DNA of 64,000 bases from Octopus sinensis (Eukaryota), in contig NC_043014.1 in the NCBI RefSeq assembly GCF_006345805.1, positions 7,998,001 to 8,062,000 of the forward strand. Direction: 5' to 3'. The translations under genes were made by a program, and so were the position numbers. Positions within the stretch are counted from its first letter, which is position 1; the number at the start of each line of letters is the position of its first letter. Under the pieces are notes generated by a model that was not told the origin of the DNA, did no database searches, and worked only from the letters and a program-made list of their open reading frames with translations. Below are positions 14,901 to 28,913 of this stretch, in pieces.

Positions 14901-15470
14901 CGGTTTTCAGGTGCGTTTCTGTAAGTGCTATGCATAAGGCTTGATTGCATGCAACAAGTCTCTCAGGACGGGATCTTTGTCCTGTTACTGAGTGTTTGCA
15001 GTCCTCTGATGTTTCAGTAGGAGTATCGAGGTGAGGTGTACGTTGTTTGCCGGGCGGTGTCCATTCTGTGTCTGTTTGCTGTGGTGGTCTGGTATATAGT
15101 GGGTAGTCCCACCTGGGGCTTGGGTTTGATGAAGCCAGGTCAGCTGCTGTACAATCTTTGTGCCATGCACAAAAAAGATGTTGCTCAGCAGCTGCTCTTT
15201 CGACAACATCATGTTGGCTGTTTGTGGCCGCGCACAACATCTGCGTCCCTCCGCTTTGGGGGCAGGTGTGCGTGGTCCATCCCTTTTCTTTGTGTTGATG
15301 GTTTGTCCATCTGCCTCGTGTCTCTGTGGCAGGGTTCCCCGATGTGCAAAGCGGCAGCCTGCACTTCCTTTCCATGCCAGCAGGAACCCTCAGTAGAACA
15401 TACACCCCGTGTGCGCTGTTTCGTTCCATCCTTTGCGGTTCCATCCTTTGCGGTTCCATCCTTTGCGGTT
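11982..15470 (-). mobile_element. Near full-length CR1/L2-type LINE (APE endonuclease + RT), many frameshifts
   Basis: ALTETHL, LMGDFNLP, TRAGNTLDLCFTN, SDHNMIE (APE). YLDFAKAFDKVDH, SGVPQGTVLGPLLF, YADDTK (RT). YWERLKRLKLYSLERRRERY. (AATC)n 3' tail at 11982-12002. Confidence 0.93.
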
Positions 15471-15473
15471 CCA
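15424..15473. repeat. Three copies of a 15-bp tandem repeat (ttccatcctttgcgg) at the LINE 5' edge
   Basis: Seen directly. Gives the MEPQR x3 pseudo-ORF. Confidence 0.85.
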
Positions 15474-15503
15474 TATATATATATATATTATATATATATA
15501 TAT

Positions 15504-15534
<31 letters not shown>

Positions 15535-15583
15535 GTATATATATATAAGATATATATATATATATTAATATATATATATATAG

Positions 15584-15641
<58 letters not shown>

Positions 15642-15756
15642 AGATATAAATAAATCAATTAATCTTTCAAATATACCGTAAATGGTCGTTTTACATACCA
15701 ACACTGCTCGGTCGAATTAATTAATAATTAATTAATTTTACCCCTTTTTATTGACA

Positions 15757-15802
<46 letters not shown>

Positions 15803-17509
15803 AAGTCCCCAAAATGCAGGCAAGGATATGTAAGTGCTATGGAAGGATCAGTGTTAGACTCCCAGTTCGATAATAGTATAAGTGAGGAGTCTAACACGTG
15901 TCGTGTGTGAGCGTATATATGTTAAATAAAATGAGACAACAAAGCCAAGACATTACGTAATTTCTAGGATATTTATGAAGAAAAAGTTAGTCTTATAGCT
16001 GTTTCATGGATATAAAGGATATCCCATCATCAGAGATGATATGAGAGAGTTAAATAGTAGGAAATATCAGTTCAATATAAGAACTTATTTCCGAAATAAC
16101 TTCTTATATTGAACTATGCGATTTCCGTCAATTCTATAAATGGAACTGGCATTTAATATTAAAAAGCAATGATGAGTAAATTAAGAATATTAACTGAAAA
16201 AAAACAATGGAACGTGAGCTGTAATAATAAGAGCCATCCTACAGCCGAAAGGGGTCGCCACAGAAGTTTGTTAGCAACTGAAATAAGCTCACAACATATT
16301 ATTATTCGTATTAAAAAGCAGAAAGAACGTATACACTATTAAAGATAATAAATGTGTATGAAAAGCAATGACAGTTTTTGAATAGCTTATATCAAACACA
16401 AACAGCAAATGAAGTTCTAGATTCGAACATGGAGTGTTTACCAAGAAAAATTTCAAACGAGAGGGTACTTGCGATCGCGTATGCGCATAAGCTGTAGTCC
16501 GGTCATGGACACTTCGTTGTGGCCGGAGACAGTACAAAAGAGGTTACTGTGCATGTGTTACCGGAAACCCATAATAATCGTATATTTTAAAAAATAATAT
16601 CGAGGATATTCGTGTCTCTGTATTTATGCGTGTATGTGTCTATGTACTCTGCATACGTTTACGGTCTAGGATGTTGTATATGATGTGTCCGTTGAGGTTT
16701 TATAATCTGGCAGCTCGAGAGTTAGAAATCTAGGAAAGTACAAGTGGGCAACATGTGAAGTCGATACGATCGATATGATATATAAATACAGAGTGCCAGG
16801 GTTTCCAAAATAAATCATGGGGTCGATTTATTCGACTAAGTTTCTTTCAGGGCGATACTCATAGCTGAGATCTAATGTTTGGAAAAATACAAAATACAAT
16901 TCATTTATATATATATATATAAATGCATATATAAATATATATATATATGTGTGTACAGGACACCACAAATAGACGCAGAACTCAACGAGAAACGAAAACG
17001 TAAAAACACCATGGAACGGACCGTTTTTTTAACAACGAAAAAACAGAGTACAAGACAACTACACAAGAAAAATCCCCTTCCTCAGCTGTCCCTAGTTCAA
17101 CTCAAGCGTGTTTCGAAGGATGGACAGTACACGTCTCGCTGAACTAGTCCTTCCTGCGAAAGAATCAAAATAAAATTCCTTTGCAGAGGGGTAAAAACAA
17201 GGAAAAAAAATGTGACAAAAAAAGGACGTAAAAACAATGCAATTTGTAAAAACAAATACAAAATAAGATACAATTACAAAAAATGCAGTACAAGAAGGAA
17301 TAGAAACAGGACAGGAAAACAAATAAAGAGAGCCTATAAGCCTAGACAAGGGAAAAAAAAATTTTTTTTTCACGAGCGCAGGAAAAAACATGTTTACTTC
17401 AACAAGGCAGCCGTCGAAAGGAAGTTCGTAGACCAGGCTGTGAGAGAGATGAGGAAGAGTGAGAGAGAGAGAGATATATAGAGAGGAAGGATGTATGTAT
17501 GTATGTATA

Positions 17510-17815
17510 TAAATTAAAGAAGAACCAAACTTTTATCAATTCAACAATGAAATAACAGCGATATAATTAAATTATACCATATAGAAAAAAATTAGTTATA
17601 CAATAAAAACAAATACCAAGAATTAAGTAAAGTATAAAATAATAAATAAAAAGTATATAATTGGTAAATACTTTTTATTTATTATTTTATACTTTACTTA
17701 ATTATTGGTATGTGTTTTTATTGTATATTAAATTTTTTTTCTATATGGTATAATTTAATTATATCATTGTTATTTCATTGTTGAATTGATAAAAGGTTGG
17801 TTCTTCTTTAATTTA
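17510..17815. repeat. AT-rich foldback with about 150-bp inverted arms
   Basis: aaattaaagaagaaccaaacttttatcaattcaacaatg ... cattgttgaattgataaaaggttggttcttctttaattt. Confidence 0.8.
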
Positions 17816-18003
17816 TATACATATATTATATATTGGGAACTTTGATCTAGTATTACTAAATTGAATTTTTCCCTGTGAGTTTGGAATAATATTCGCTATT
17901 ATTATTATTATTATTATTTTTATATATATATATATATATAGATAGATAGATAGATAGATAGATAGAGATAGATAGATAGATACATAGATACATATACATA
18001 TAC

Positions 18004-18049
<46 letters not shown>

Positions 18050-18051
18050 TA

Positions 18052-19092
18052 CTAGCATTAAAGACCCGTCGTTGCCGGATCATAGTGCTAATGCATGTAT
18101 ATATGTGTATATATATATGTGTACATATTACATATACATCTATATATATATACATCTACACATAAAATACAAAATACAAAGTTATATCTTGATATCGCTA
18201 GTGATAACAATACTCAAAATATATAACAGACTGGAATTGTTAGCCCGTCTCTTGTAATTTCGATCAATTGTATCTTGTCCTCCCCCTCTTGTATAGAAAG
18301 TGTGGCTACAATCCAGCCTACCTCTACTTCTGGAGGGGGGCATTTAAAATTTTTTTCTGGGTCGTTCTACATCCCAGATATAAAGGTAAAAATAGAATAT
18401 TTCCACTTTGCAAGTTCGAGTCGAGTACTCCCTTGCACGCTCCGTTGACTCGAACCTTGCTTCTATTGTGGCGAATTTACCGCCTCTGATTAGATATCTT
18501 TCATAATCGCACCAAGACACTTTTCGAAGGTGCTTTCCTCCATGTGTTCAAATCTTCTTTTTTCTCTACATTGTATACTTTTTAGACAATAGTATTTTCT
18601 TTAATTTAATTTTTTATTATCCATCTGAACTATTCCATTTCTTCACGCTAATTTTATTTTTAATTTATCCCCAGTCATGCGAAACCACTTATTCAAGTCC
18701 AAGTCATTGATGCAATTTTATATCAATTGCTATTTTTACTTTTTTTATGTTACGATTATATTATACTTTAGTTTGATTTTAATTATTACTTACTACATAT
18801 AATTCAATTGTTATTATTATTTTTATTGTTAAAGTGAAAGTATCTGACATAAAATAGAGAAATATTTTTGTTTCACTTTTAATACGTAATACTGAAATAG
18901 TGGAGAAGATATGATATTGCTATGGGTTCGCTCTAGGCAAGATGGTGAACATTTTTTTGCCCATGAAACTACATGGACCCTAAGTAAGGCATGTGTAAAA
19001 TTTGAATGAAATTGGTTGTGTAGTTCTCAAGTATTAGGGAAACAGACAGACAGAAAGATAGACAGACACACATTCTCAGTTTTATATATATT
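18052..19092 (-). mobile_element. Putative non-autonomous Helitron
   Basis: 3' CTAG with a subterminal hairpin (ctagcatta..gacccg..ccggatcatagtgcta). 5' end of the tatatataaaa+ctgtctgtc type, as in the other Helitron copies. Confidence 0.5.
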
Positions 19093-19836
19093 TTTTATTG
19101 GCTAAACTGGCAAAATGACCATTCGGAAATATAACAATATATATAAAGATATATGCATATATATCAAAGTGTTACGCAGTGGGACTGAACTCGGAAGTTT
19201 ATGGTTGGTAAGCGCAGATGCCTTTTGTACTGAAAATGTTCACACAGTTATGGCTAAATATTTTTAAATAAAATAAAGCAACAATAATAGGAGAAAGCAA
19301 AAACCAGTCTTTTTTTTACCTTATTTCGCAATAAAATCAACGAGTATTATTTACTTATTTTGAAATCATAAAAAAGGAACAATGACCTTGCAAGAGAGGA
19401 CAATGGAAAACGGAAAACGGAAATAAAGAAATGAAAAAAATGAAAAAAAAAGTAGTAGTTGTTTTTCCCTGGCCCTAGACAAAACATTAAATGCAGATAT
19501 TTTGTTTTGCTGTGCCTATAAATATAGAGTGAATTCACGATTTTATTACTTTGTTCCGGACCAGCAATACCTGTAACTGGTATTGAGCTCGAAACGTCTG
19601 CGTAAACCTTGTTCATATCTGAATATTTGCCGTATTTTCCTTCTGCAAGGTAAAAAAAACAAGTGAGGTAAGCCCTTACGGAAATATTTTGTGAGATATT
19701 CTTCTGTTGCAGTTTGCACTCTTTTGCTTTTTTTATTAGCTGCAGTCATAGAAATGCAGCCATGTTGTGAACCACATTTCGAAAATGAAGTCAGTCATAT
19801 CGAGTCCTGATAATTCTTTCAGATATCTGGTACTTA

Positions 19837-21100
<1,264 letters not shown>

Positions 21101-21373
21101 TGTGGGCAATAAAGAAATAAGAAACGTTAGCACGCGGGCGAAATGCTTAACGTATTTCGTCTGTCGTTACGTTACGTTGCCATTTATCCTTTTGGGGTCG
21201 ATAAATTAAGTACCAGTTGCGTCGATCTAATCGATCTAATCGACTGGCCCCCTCCCCAAAAATTTCGGGCCTTGTGCCTAGAGTAGAAAAGAATACTCAT
21301 TCATTATTGTATTCCGTCTCATATCGTGTTACCGATTTTCTCGGTACCTAAGCTTTTTTACGGATGATTCTAG

Positions 21374-21399
<26 letters not shown>

Positions 21400-21416
<17 letters not shown>

Positions 21417-21463
21417 GTTTGTATGTATATATATATATGTATGTATATATATATGTGTGTATG

Positions 21464-21494
<31 letters not shown>

Positions 21495-21567
21495 GTATAT
21501 ATATGTATATATATATATGTTTGTATGTATATATATATATATGTATGTATATATATATGTGTGTATG

Positions 21568-21664
<97 letters not shown>

Positions 21665-21686
21665 GTATGTGTATATATGTATGTGT

Positions 21687-21720
<34 letters not shown>

Positions 21721-21753
21721 GTATATATATGTATGTATGTATGTATATATATG

Positions 21754-21785
<32 letters not shown>

Positions 21786-21818
21786 CAGGTATATATTCAC
21801 ACTCCCGCATATACGTAT

Positions 21819-21850
<32 letters not shown>

Positions 21851-21880
21851 GTATGTATATATATATATATATATATTTAC
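21400..21880. repeat. Compound (TA)/(TATG)/(CA) microsatellite
   Basis: Seen directly. Confidence 0.95.
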
Positions 21881-21961
21881 TTTATATTAAAATTTTTTAT
21901 GTATTGATTAATTCTTTCCTTGTTTGATTTACAAAATAGTGGTTTTGTCTCTAATTAATAT

Positions 21962-21994
<33 letters not shown>

Positions 21995-22058
21995 TTGTGT
22001 GTTGTGTATATATATACACATCCACCTATCACACACCTACACTCGTACATATACAAAC

Positions 22059-22141
<83 letters not shown>

Positions 22142-22222
22142 TTATCTATTTATTTATTTATTCGTATTTATGCATGCATAGTAATATATGAAGTGATGGG
22201 TTTTCAGAAATGAAAGGTTTTG

Positions 22223-22365
22223 TATAAGGACAACTCTTCTATCTATAATCACTAACATTTTGTGAAGCAACACGTTTGCGACGTAAGTTTTGGAGTATTA
22301 TTGGATTCTTTGTGACCTCTGAAAATAAATATTTCTGTGCAGTTTACAAACACCGAAAAACCGAG
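22223..22365 (+). promoter_or_regulatory. Putative TATA/Inr promoter and non-coding exon 1 of the upstream paralog
   Basis: TATAAGG at 22223 and TCACT at 22249. The exon ends gaaaaaccgag|gtatat, parallel to gaaaaatgag|gtaagt of the downstream gene, at similar length (about 115 vs 119 nt). Confidence 0.45.
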
Positions 22366-22464
22366 GTATATATATATCTCACTTTCATCTCAGTATTTTA
22401 CTTCACACTACAATAGATTTTACAGTATACTTTTATTTATTTATGTTTTTCCCCTTTATTCCAG

Positions 22465-24454
22465 GATGTATTTTGCATTCTTATTGACTACTTTAGCCGT
22501 CTTTCTTCAGGGTAAGTATTTCTTATTCACTTAAAACTACAACTTCCTGTGTTTGACTTATATTTTTATTTTGTAATTAAAGGAGAATTCGTATATTACA
22601 GCCTACGTAAAGCATTTGATGCTGTTGTTGTAGACATACAAAATATTCGAAAAAAGATGTGTCGATTACGGTTGGAATATCTTTTGTGAAAGAATGAGGG
22701 TAGGAGATTGAATGAGAGAAAATGTATCGTTTATTAGATCAACATATTAAAATTAATTGAATTTGCATGTGTTGAAATGAATGTTCCAGAAAACTTGATT
22801 TTATAAAATTTTCAGTTTTAAAGAAATTGTAATGTTGTTTATGAAATACATATTATTATAAAATAATAATGTCTATATCTTTCTTTTTCATTCGTTCATT
22901 GCAGAGTGCCGTGGCGACCACAAGTAAGTAGATTAAGCCAATAAATTCATTTGAATGCTTTTGCGTGTGTCTATAAGAGTTACTAAACTATCAATATCAT
23001 AGAGCTAATCGTTCGTATAATGAAAATGTTTTCTAGATCCTAGAGTACAAATATACACATCCACTGTATTAAAGAAATAAAACAGCATAAATTTAGGGGA
23101 TTAAAGGTTTTCTTAAATTCAGCACTGACCTTGCAACTGTATTTCTTAAAATGTGGACTGTTCATGATTGGAACGCTTTTGTTCATACTTTTCCCACTCA
23201 TTCTCATTCAAGGAACTGAAGTATTGTTCAAAAATCTTAGAAGCATTTTGGTCTCATTTCAAAATGTATTTTTAGAGACATATCTCTTTTACTCTCTTAC
23301 TTGTTTCAATCATTTGACTGCGGCCATGCTGGAGCACCGCCTTTAGTCGAGCAAATCGACCCCGGGACTTATTCTTTGTAAGCTCAGTACTTATTCTATC
23401 GGTCTCTTTTGCCGAACCGCTAAGTGAACGGGGACGTCGTAAACACCCAACATCGGTTGTCAAGCAATGCTAGGGGGACAAACACACACAAAAACACACA
23501 CATACAATATACATATATATACATATATACGACAGGCTTCTTTCAGTTTCCATCTACCAAATCCACTCACAAGGCATTGGTCGGCTCGGGGTTATAGCAG
23601 AAGACACTTGCCCAAGATGCCACGCAGTGGGACTGAACCCGGAACCATGTGGTTGGTTAGCAAGCTACTTACCACGCAGCCACTCCTGCGCCTATGTATA
23701 CCTCTGCGTATTTAAATGCAAACATTTTTATGTATAGGTTTCTGATATGAGAATTTCAGGAAGGAAATGATATCAATACATGGCAATTATACTAATACAT
23801 GCTTTTTAGTCATTTGTCTCTTACATACAAAATTCAGGACAAGAATTTCTTGACTCTTCCACATTTAATTTAGTTAATATTCTCGTAAGCGTTCCAAAAA
23901 ATAGAGGTACTCAGAGATGTTTCTACTTGTTAATGGATTAGTCTCTTTAGCTTGTCGGTGAAGTCTGAAGATGAATGTTGTGAGCAATAACCCACGAAAA
24001 GATTGGAGAGTGTTACTCTCACTTTCAGGTCTTATGCAATAAATGTCCTCACTGCGTGTGTGTGTGTGTGTATTTATGACGTTTTCGTTTGCGTGTGTTT
24101 TAGTTTGCGCTTGTGAGTAATTAATTGATAAAGTAATTTCTTTTTTTTTTCTTTGAGAGCTACACTGAACACTTAGGTTTGCACTGTTTATTTATGTAAT
24201 TATCTAGGCAAGTATGTGGATGCAACAATATATACAATTATATGAATGTTTCATAAATATATAATTCTGATACATACACAAACCTTTCTTGTGTACTTTC
24301 TTCTCTATTTTTTAATAGTCACTGTCCTAAACCCACCCTAAATTGTCTTCTAACAATTTTCTATGGAGAAAACGGCGGGTGTAATAATATTATGACGCCA
24401 TATGCTGGCAGTCAAGACTCACCTTATGATCGATAATAACACCTTTACATCCAG
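22465..24454 (+). pseudogene. Paralogous 5' part of a peroxidase-like gene: exons 22465-22511, 22905-22923, 24319-24454, with a 1-nt frameshift near 24433
   Basis: Splices to MYFAFLLTTLAVFLQ-ECRGDH-NHCPKPTLNCLLTIFYGENGGCNNIMTPYAGSQDSPYDR*. One extra A would restore RIITPLHP and the phase-1 donor. Exon phases match the downstream gene (signal exon is 47 nt in both). No further exons found before the gap at 26248. Confidence 0.8.
23286..23692 (-). mobile_element. tRNA-derived SINE family B (head ggcgcaggagtggctg.gtggtaag)
   Basis: A/B boxes, ttgggcaagtgtcttct core, internal microsatellite, tail gactgaaacaagtaaaagag. Near-identical to copies at 38241, 58772 and 63358. Confidence 0.85.
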
Positions 24455-24526
24455 GTAAGAAAGTTTTCTGTAATTTTCCTGTACATGCATGCATACATAC
24501 ATAAATTCCATCACGGAACAGTACAC

Positions 24527-24593
<67 letters not shown>

Positions 24594-25159
24594 CAATACT
24601 TAGATATCTATATAGGGTATTACATTTTTTTACAGATTTCACTACCAGTGGCCTAGCATGCATAAACAGTCAATAGACGACATATTTTCAATATAAAATA
24701 GTGAACATTTAAACATAAAGAAATATTACTTAAATTTATTATGTGGTCTTCGGTGGTTTTGATTGTCTCCTAGCGTGTAGAAATTGCCTGTTATAGGTAA
24801 TTTCTCTTTTTGTTTAAATATACACAAGTTAATCCAAACAAGAAAACACAAAGAGAAAACACGACAACGCGAGGACGTGGAAAAAATATAGTATTATTGG
24901 ACGCTCAGAAAGGAAGGGAAGAAGGAGGGTTTAACGTTTCAAGCGGAGCTCTTCGTCGGAAACATAGGAGAAGGAAAGATCCAGAGAAGGGAAGACAGAG
25001 GAAAAAAAATCGCCAACGGTACACACGCGGTCATATATGTCATGTGGTACCCGCGCGAGCAGAAACGACCACCCGAAAAGCATCCACGGTGGTGGAGTTA
25101 GGATTTCAGGAGGACGATTGGGATCACGTGGATGAGAAAGGCACGATCCAGAGAGGAGT

Positions 25160-25403
25160 GGACATTAGGTATGATTAAAAAACATTGAGGCAAATGCATA
25201 ATCAAAATACCAGGGCTTACGAATGTATACAATATATGTATATAATAGCACTACTAGGCACCGCACATATCCTGCGTAAAGCGCTTTCAATACAGGGCAA
25301 ATAGGAGCACCACAAAAAATGACAGCACGTTCTCAAGGCACACAAAGCTGTGCTCAGTAGTGCAGTGAAAGAACGTGATAAAAATAAGATTACTGAATAA
25401 TAA
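25160..25403 (+). mobile_element. 3' end of an R4/Dong-like non-LTR element
   Basis: Translates LGMIKK...IPGL...ALLGTAHILRKALS, a C-terminus typical of restriction-like-endonuclease LINEs, followed by ataataat. Confidence 0.5.
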
Positions 25404-25404
25404 T

Positions 25405-26040
25405 GGTTTCAAATTTTGCTACAAGGGCAGCAAATTGGAGGGAGATAATTAGTCGATTACGTCAATCAGTGTGGCAAAGCAGACCTCGGTGGAATTTAAA
25501 CGAATACCACATAGCATTTTAACCCGGCGTCTTAACGATTCTGCCATCTCGCCTCCTAATAATAATAATAATAAGAAGAAGAAGAATCCTGTCTACTATA
25601 GGCACAAGGCCTGAAATATGGGGGAGTTGTTAAATCGATTACAATAACCCCAGTACTCAACTGGTATTTATTGATCGACCCCAAAAGGATGAAATGCGAA
25701 GTCGACCTCGATGAAATTTGAACGTAAGCACGTACGAAATACCGCTAGGCATTTCGCCCGGCGTGCAAACGATTCTGCCAGCTCGCCTCCTTGACCTAAT
25801 AATTATAATAGTAATAATAATAATACTTTCAACTAAGGGTACAAAGCCTGAAATTTGAGGAAGAGGTTTAGTCGATTACATCAGCCCCATTGTTTCACTG
25901 GTACTTAATTTATAGACCCCGGAAGAATGAAGGACAAGGTCGTCCTCGGCAGAATCTGAACTCAGAATAAAAGGTTAGAGAATATACCACTAAGCATTTT
26001 GCCCGCCGTACCAACGACTCTGTCAGTTCGCCGCCTAATA
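25405..26040 (-). mobile_element. Cluster of three degenerate SINE family A copies separated by (AAT)n
   Basis: Repeated gtcgattac...ctcggc.gaattt...ctcgcc.cc units. Confidence 0.7.
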
Positions 26041-26093
26041 ATAATACGAATAAGAATAAGAATAAGAATAACAAGAACAACAACAACAACAAC

Positions 26094-26168
<75 letters not shown>

Positions 26169-26247
26169 TTCTACTCTAAACACAAGGCCTTCAGAATAGT
26201 TTGGTGAAAGAGCCTGAAATTTGAGGGAGCGGTTTAGTCGATTAGAT

Positions 26248-26347
26248 NNNNNNNNNNNNNNNNNNNNNNNNNNNNNNNNNNNNNNNNNNNNNNNNNNNNN
26301 NNNNNNNNNNNNNNNNNNNNNNNNNNNNNNNNNNNNNNNNNNNNNNN
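26248..26347. other. Assembly gap (100 N)
   Basis: Run of n. It is flanked by two different truncated SINEs, so the true size is unknown. Confidence 1.
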
Positions 26348-26610
26348 GGGCAAGTGTCTTCTGCTATAGCCCCGGGCTGACCAATGCCTTGTGAGTGGAT
26401 TTGGTAGACGGAAACTGAAAGAAGCCTGTCGTATATATGTATATATATGTAAGTGTGTGTGTATATGTTTGTGTGTCTGTGTTTGTCCCCCTAGCATTGC
26501 TTGACAACCGATGCTGGTGTGTTTACGTCCCTGTCACTTAGCGGTTCGGCAAAAGAGACCGATTGAATAAGTACTGGGCTTACAAAGAATAAGTCTCGGG
26601 AGTCGATTGG
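26348..26610 (+). mobile_element. SINE family B, 5' part in the gap
   Basis: gggcaagtgtcttctgctatagcc...gcggttcggcaaaagagaccg. Confidence 0.8.
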
Positions 26611-27811
26611 AAGTATTAGCGTCAGCTAAGACTAAGCTACACTTTTAAAAAGACCTCCAAATAAGTTTTTCAGAAGAAAATATGTGGTTATATTTCGTTT
26701 CTGGATTTTGTTTGCAAGATTCTTTATGCGAGTTCGTGTGTTGAAGTATATTCTGTCGTGTCTGGAGAGAGTCATTTTCTTTTCGTGCCTTATAATTTAA
26801 CACACTCTCTGAAGTCACTGAATTAAATAAAAGCAACATAACAGCGAAGAGTCAATATATTATGCTCTAAATTCTGTAATGTTTAACGTTAATAAAGCAA
26901 AACTTGATTTTTGAATTGATGAATTATTTATCCTTCACGATATTAACATTACAACTGTTAATATCCAGAATACTTCTCTACTGAATATGTATGTATAAAC
27001 ATTCAACATTCTATATTATGGCACACATATATCGCTTGCTGATATGTTCTTATACCCGAATCTATAGAAGTAACATTTTCGTAGAATAAACCAACATATG
27101 GCCTTATACAAGGAACATGGAAAATTATGTTCCTTTGTTCCTTGTTCCCCATTTTTTCGCTCTTCTCCTCCTTAATTGATCTGTCCCTCTTTTCCTCTTT
27201 CTTCTCCTCACACGTGACTGACTGACCGATTGCTGGCCTTTCGTACTTAGCAGTCGTCGCGGCAAGACACATTTTTTTCTCTCTGCCCTAAGGCATTTTT
27301 CTAACACGCCAGCTCAAAAGATACTCGTCCTGTCGAAAGACGCCTGTCTGTGACGTCCTGTTTTTGTTATTATTATTATTGTTTTTACGTATTATTGTAT
27401 TCTTATTCGTGTAACCTCGTCCGTTTTTCCGTCCTTGTTTTGTATACATTCGAGGAATTCTTCCAAGGAATCTAATGCACTTGGCTTAGATTTTCCTTTG
27501 GGGCTGGCCAGATCGGAGCAATCTCAAGATTAATCAGCCGAAATTGCGAGGATGATCCGGTTCTTGACTGAAGATTGAAGGCTTCGAATGTCCCGTCCGT
27601 GTTTTTTGTATCGTCTTCTAAATGTTTTGCGTTCTTGTCCCAGTTTGTATTTTTTTACATATATATATACATACATACGTACATATGTATGTGTGTGTAT
27701 GTATATATACTTACAAACACACATATATACACACATATATACACACATCTGTCTATCAATCTATCGATATATGTATCATATGATACATACATACATACAT
27801 ATATATATATA

Positions 27812-27847
<36 letters not shown>

Positions 27848-27889
27848 TATTATATATATTATATATATATATATATATTAATATATATA

Positions 27890-28248
27890 TATATATAAAC
27901 GGCAGTTTGTCTGTGCGTGTCTGTGTGTCTGTTGTTGCTTGTACCCTCACCCTGACCACGGCTTTCAACCGATTCTGATGAAACTTGACACACACATAGC
28001 CCAATGTCATAATTCAAACTAACGCAGCGAAAATTTTGAAAAGTTCCCCCAGTTCTGAAAAAGTCGATAAATTCGACATGGGGTCGAGAATCAGAAACAC
28101 AAACCGTCTAGGGGACGCAACTCACCTTTTTTTTACTCTCAAAAAAAATTTACCATCATTTTTTTTCCATTTTTTGGCTATAACTCTCTAAAAATGCTTT
28201 ATAGTTATTTCCCTTACAAACCTGAGCAACGCCGGGCGATACTGCTAG
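27890..28248 (+). mobile_element. Non-autonomous Helitron-like element
   Basis: 3' cctgagcaacgccgggcgatactgCTAG|t with a hairpin. Its 3' 100 bp are shared with the copies at 43820-44208 and 53582-53886. Confidence 0.65.
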
Positions 28249-28280
<32 letters not shown>

Positions 28281-28724
28281 CATATATATATATAAAGAAC
28301 TTTTTGTAATAATTCCTACCGGTAATGGTTATATTTCCATACCGAAACTACTCGGTAATAATTTGTTCATTTTTAAAATTAATGATTATTTACCCTTATA
28401 TTATTATATAATTATGTATGTATTCATTTTAGAATGAAATATGAAAAATAATTCCTTTAATTAATAAATAACCTTTAAAAGTGCATGATTCTCCATTTTT
28501 ATGATGATGGCTTGATTACATACTGTGTGTTACATGTAATCCTACGAAGAGAACTAAGAATTTACCTATAGGGTGAAGTACCGTTTGATTGTTTACCTTA
28601 AACAATTTAAAATGTCCCCTTTCATTAAATGTGACTATCTAGATCTGGATTATATGAAAATGCCATGAAGGCACCTGCCTGGAATTCGAATTCCTATCCC
28701 TTTATATTGCTCGATCGATCGATC

Positions 28725-28812
<88 letters not shown>

Positions 28813-28851
28813 TATAGATAGATATGCGTGTATGTGAGTTTGTGCACATGT

Positions 28852-28908
<57 letters not shown>

Positions 28909-28913
28909 GGTAT

